DNA of 29,419 nt from Clostridia bacterium (GTDB lineage: Bacteria > Bacillota > Clostridia > Christensenellales > Aristaeellaceae), in the NCBI GenBank assembly GCA_030526225.1, contig JAUNDF010000021.1, positions 1 through 29,419 of the forward strand, read 5' to 3'. A model generated the notes under the pieces. The model did no database searches and was not told where the DNA came from. It worked only from the letters and a program-made list of their open reading frames with translations. Shown here piece by piece: positions 26,460-29,419 of the stretch (within the stretch, counting starts at the first letter, position 1; each line of letters opens with the position of its first letter). The translations under genes were made by a program, and so were the position numbers.

Positions 26460-27428
26460 TTAGGCGAATAAGTCTTCCCAACGAATGATTGATTCTGGCA
26501 GATTGTTTCGGTATTCGGCATAAAAGCTCAAGAGATCTCTTCGTTCTATGTAGTGTATAGATTCATGCTCTATCTCATTATCATAATTCTTTGAACTCGA
26601 AAAAAGAAAAACAGTGAATCCGCTACTTAGGAATCCATCATAGTCTTTGACATTGATAATCCCATCTTTTCCCTTGACCTGCACAACTGCGCGCTAAGAA
26701 TTTCCAAGTTCTCGCGAATGCAGAATACACTCAATCAGCGGTGTGGTTGACTTGTTTGCAATGGAATTTGAGAGCACATACATATTATACCTTACTTGAA
26801 TATAGCTAATAACTAGTTCCTCGAGATCAAAATCCGGCAGACGATCGATTACATCTTGCCCCTGCGACGATTTATCTACGGTGTAAAAATGGCTTTTGGA
26901 AGCAACATTGTAAGCATGTTTAGAAAACTCAATCATAATCTTCTCGCGGTTTCGCTCGACAATGCCGCCTCGAGCCCGAGTAAACATAGCCTTGATTTGC
27001 CCTGGAACATCGGTTCCGTAACGAAACGCATAGACTGGCAAACGAGCGCCTATGTCGTAATCTTTTATGCAATACGGTTCTGCCGCGCCTTTTGCTCTGC
27101 ATATCCAATAGAAGCCGCTACTGTCACGTGTCCAGAACAGATCGTTCTATCCTGCTTCAAGAAAAAGATTTAAAGCAGAATCAATTCGATATTTCTTTTT
27201 CTTTTTTGTTGCTTCAGCTTCTCCTTGTTTTCGTGCAGCATCATAAAAATCTTCGAACCCGGTAAAGCAATTGTCCGGGGTGTGTACACAACTCCAACCA
27301 ATCACCAAGTATTGTTCCTTTGGATTACTTAAGCAATAGCGAAGGACATCAGGTCGTACTTGCTACGCTTGTTCTTTTGTTTCTCCAGGTTTCAGATGAA
27401 TTCGTGCCACAAAATCATTATTTGTCAT
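26460..27428 (-). CDS. hypothetical protein (322 aa), possibly Mrr-like (N-terminal GW-type module + PD-(D/E)xK-like C-terminus); three in-frame TAGs
   Basis: GGAGG lies 6 nt upstream of ATG 27428. The frame holds TAG at 27365-27363, 27149-27147 and 26696-26694 (CTA on the plus strand) and no TAA/TGA until TAA 26462-26460, which the terminator follows. The standard-code pieces 26694..27041 and 26460..26684 share the frame. The nuclease idea is weak and rests only on YLVIGWSCV...DLFWTRDSSGFYWICRAKG and DFDLEELV...PLIECIL...VVQVKGK. Confidence 0.65.
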
Positions 27429-27678
27429 TTTCGACCTCCATCTAACATACAAGATCAATATAAACGGAACGATAAGCCAGGCTTTGCAGAATACTTTTGA
27501 ACCTCACAAAAGGCTTCTTTTCATAGTTTGTTAATAGTTATGGCAATCATTGTGAAAACTAAATAGACATTTTGAAATCTGGTGCAATGGCAAGGGAAAG
27601 GGCGTTTTTCGAGTTTTGCCACAACGGAAAAAACTGTGGATTTGACAGAAATAGGGCTAAAGATGAATTGATTTATTC

Positions 27679-28881
27679 TTACTCTAGTGTATCTAATGCT
27701 TCAAGATTCGCCCTATATTGAGATGCACGCCCCTTCTGAGAATAGATGGTATAGCCTTCAATCTGTGATAGGCATTTTCTGATGATGTAAAGACTGCTAT
27801 CGCAGATGTTGGAAAGCTCAGAAATAGAAAGGCTATCGCTTTCGCAAATTGATACCTGAATCAATATGAAAAGGACTTCCTTGGTTTTTTGTTCAAGAAT
27901 TAGTCTGTCTACAATATCACTATAATGGTTTAGAAGAGACTCTTTTTCTTGCAAAAACAGGAATACTTGTTCGCTTGCTTCGCGGATAAAAGACAAAAAG
28001 CTGATTACGAAGCGGGTCATATCACCAAAATTTCGTTTATCATTTGTTGTTTTGAACATTTTATAGTATTCTGTTCGATGACTTTTAATAACGAACGAAA
28101 GTCGCAGTGCGACAAGAAGGTGTATGTTTTCTTGAGATAGCATACAACTACTGATAAAACGTGTCATACGACCATTGCCGTTATAGAATGGATGTGCATA
28201 TCCAAACATATAGTGAAATGCGGAAATTCTGATAAGTGGATCATAATTTGCATCATTAAGAAACTGAAGAGCATGCTCCATAGCTTCATTTAGCGCAACT
28301 TCTGGATATATACCATCATGAATGGAATGCCCGCCTTTAACAACAGAAACTGTACCTTTTCTAAAGTAAACGCCATCAGGAGCATCGTTGAAGTCTTCTT
28401 TGACAACTTCGTCGAGAACAAAGCTATTATATAGTTCTCTTATATCAAGACATGATTGGAGCGGTATCCTATCTTTTTGAAGCAGCAATTGATATTTCCT
28501 AATCATACCATCAAATCGTTTCCCCTTTTGCCCATTCTCAACAACTATCAACTCATCCTTGATTTCTTTTCTCGTACTATGAATATTTTCCATTTCATTT
28601 GTTTGATGAATTTCTTCGATGATGGCCTGCCTTAAAAACTGGCGACGGGCAACCGAAGGGAGTCGACTTGAGCACCTATCAATGTATAGGTTGATGTTTC
28701 TGATTTCTGAGAGCTCGTGCAATATCTCATCACAATACAGGATAAAGCAAGGATGTCCATTGATTGCAAAATTTGGCGTTATTGCGGACACGCTATCGCG
28801 CATAGACATAGCCATCGTGGCTACATTCTTCTTATCTTTTGATTCAAAGTACATTTTATACATGCCTCTGTATTCTTTCAT
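27679..28881 (-). CDS. Fic-family protein (AMPylase-type Fic domain + C-terminal winged-helix-like region)
   Basis: AAGGAGG lies 7 nt upstream of ATG 28881. The canonical Fic motif HPFYNGNGRMTR (HxFx[D/E]GNGRxxR) is present. The 400-aa product has no internal TAG. Stop is TAA. Confidence 0.9.
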   Translation of the reverse strand: MKEYRGMYKMYFESKDKKNVATMAMSMRDSVSAITPNFAINGHPCFILYCDEILHELSEIRNINLYIDRCSSRLPSVARRQFLRQAIIEEIHQTNEMENIHSTRKEIKDELIVVENGQKGKRFDGMIRKYQLLLQKDRIPLQSCLDIRELYNSFVLDEVVKEDFNDAPDGVYFRKGTVSVVKGGHSIHDGIYPEVALNEAMEHALQFLNDANYDPLIRISAFHYMFGYAHPFYNGNGRMTRFISSCMLSQENIHLLVALRLSFVIKSHRTEYYKMFKTTNDKRNFGDMTRFVISFLSFIREASEQVFLFLQEKESLLNHYSDIVDRLILEQKTKEVLFILIQVSICESDSLSISELSNICDSSLYIIRKCLSQIEGYTIYSQKGRASQYRANLEALDTLE

Positions 28882-29308
28882 GCTTTATCCTCCTTTGAGC
28901 AACACAAGTGTAGTATATCATCTTTTTTTTATTTAGTCCATTCACAAAAGTCGGTTCAATGTAAAAAAACGCGATATTTTTATATTGAAATCAACAAAAA
29001 ATAATGCAAAGTAAAAAGTGCTGTGTTTGTGAATGCCAACTAGTATCTGGATATTGTGAGAATGAGTAACTGAGATAGATGGAGAAGCGGATAGAATGCT
29101 GGTTTGGCAAATAGTCAGGGGAAAAGTAATCTTCAGAAAACCAATGCCAACTGTCCGGTTATACAACATGAATCACATAATAGTTGTTTTACAACTTTTT
29201 TCTCTGGATTAATTTATTCGATTCACTTGATTGCAATGGGTCATGACTAGCAGTAGAATAACAATGTGTTAGTAGTTGCCTAGTATGGCATGAGAAGGAG
29301 GAGTGGCC

Positions 29309-29419
29309 ATGATAACAATCATATACGGCAGAGACTCTGTCTGCATGGGTGATGACGCCAACAACGGCCTCTACACCATCACAATGCCGGACGATGCCCT
29401 CCTGGGCGATTTCATCCGC
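29309..29419 (+). CDS. hypothetical protein, 5' part only (runs off the window); homologous to the C-terminal domain of the 19722..21227 gene
   Basis: GAAGGAGGAG lies 6 nt upstream of ATG 29309. MITIIYGRDSVCMGDDANNGLYTITMPDDALLGDFIR aligns with MIQVQYSRTAVGMGDEYMMGIYTITLPESATLSDLIN (20916 onward). Its codons are GC-richer than the island's. Confidence 0.6.
   Translation, partial: MITIIYGRDSVCMGDDANNGLYTITMPDDALLGDFIR

Larger units (their letters stand above)
19480..29300. mobile_element. AT-rich accessory island (degenerate integrative/mobilisable element or defence-type island); boundaries are approximate
   Basis: Composition shifts sharply by eye, from GC-rich third codon positions left of ~19,470 to AT-rich sequence, then back toward GC-richer coding at 29309. 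The island contains TnpV, two excisionase-like HTH genes, Fic and orphan genes. I recognised no integrase, tRNA or flanking direct repeats in the window. Confidence 0.5.

Noticed and set aside
5893-27428. Pyrrolysine as the explanation for the in-frame TAGs
   Set aside because: I cannot support it from this window. There are no pyl genes and no methylamine methyltransferases here. The TAGs occur in unrelated gene families and at up to about 1 per 70-100 codons in the orphan genes, unlike the sparse and specific use of pyrrolysine. It stays open only as something to exclude by searching for pylTSBCD genome-wide.
19480-29300. The island as an amber-recoded prophage
   Set aside because: I recognised no capsid, tail, portal, terminase, lysis or phage-replication genes in the translated frames. 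The only mobility hints are TnpV and Xis-like HTH genes. The recoded-phage analogy is kept as a model for TAG usage, not as an annotation.

Overview
The window has two parts.

Bases 1 to ~19,470 are GC-rich and look chromosomal. The protein families suggest a Clostridia-like anaerobe, but that is inference only. This part carries:
- signalling genes: two hybrid histidine kinases, a REC-PAS protein and a GAF-GGDEF cyclase
- a three-gene minus-strand operon: a TVGYGD K+ channel with a C-terminal RyR domain, a second RyR-domain membrane protein, and a translationally coupled TIR-TM-Sel1 repeat protein
- a ~1400-aa acyl-CoA-dehydratase-activase-like gene
- a nitronate-monooxygenase-family gene with a divergent TetR regulator
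- a CotH gene

Bases ~19,480 to ~29,300 are an AT-rich accessory island. It carries TnpV, two excisionase-like HTH genes, a small membrane protein, a Fic protein, a possible Mrr-like nuclease, several large orphan genes and a 182-bp direct repeat. I saw no integrase, tRNA or CRISPR array.

Strongest observation: TAG never terminates a gene here. All 20 gene ends I can place use TAA or TGA. TAG does occur in-frame at least 16 times, each time joining same-frame ORF pieces into full-length genes that have one RBS and ATG at the start and a TAA/TGA plus hairpin at the end. Examples are a 501-aa frame with five TAGs, an 809-aa gene with two, a 322-aa minus-strand gene with three, and single TAGs inside conserved parts of the activase, the TetR regulator and a solute-binding/kinase gene. 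TAG therefore appears to be decoded, by reassignment or by strong suppression. The inserted amino acid cannot be determined from this window.

Second lead: the TIR / RyR-domain / K+-channel operon is a candidate undescribed signalling or defence module.

Three single-base homopolymer frameshifts (two in the kinase locus, one in CotH) point to sequencing error or gene decay.
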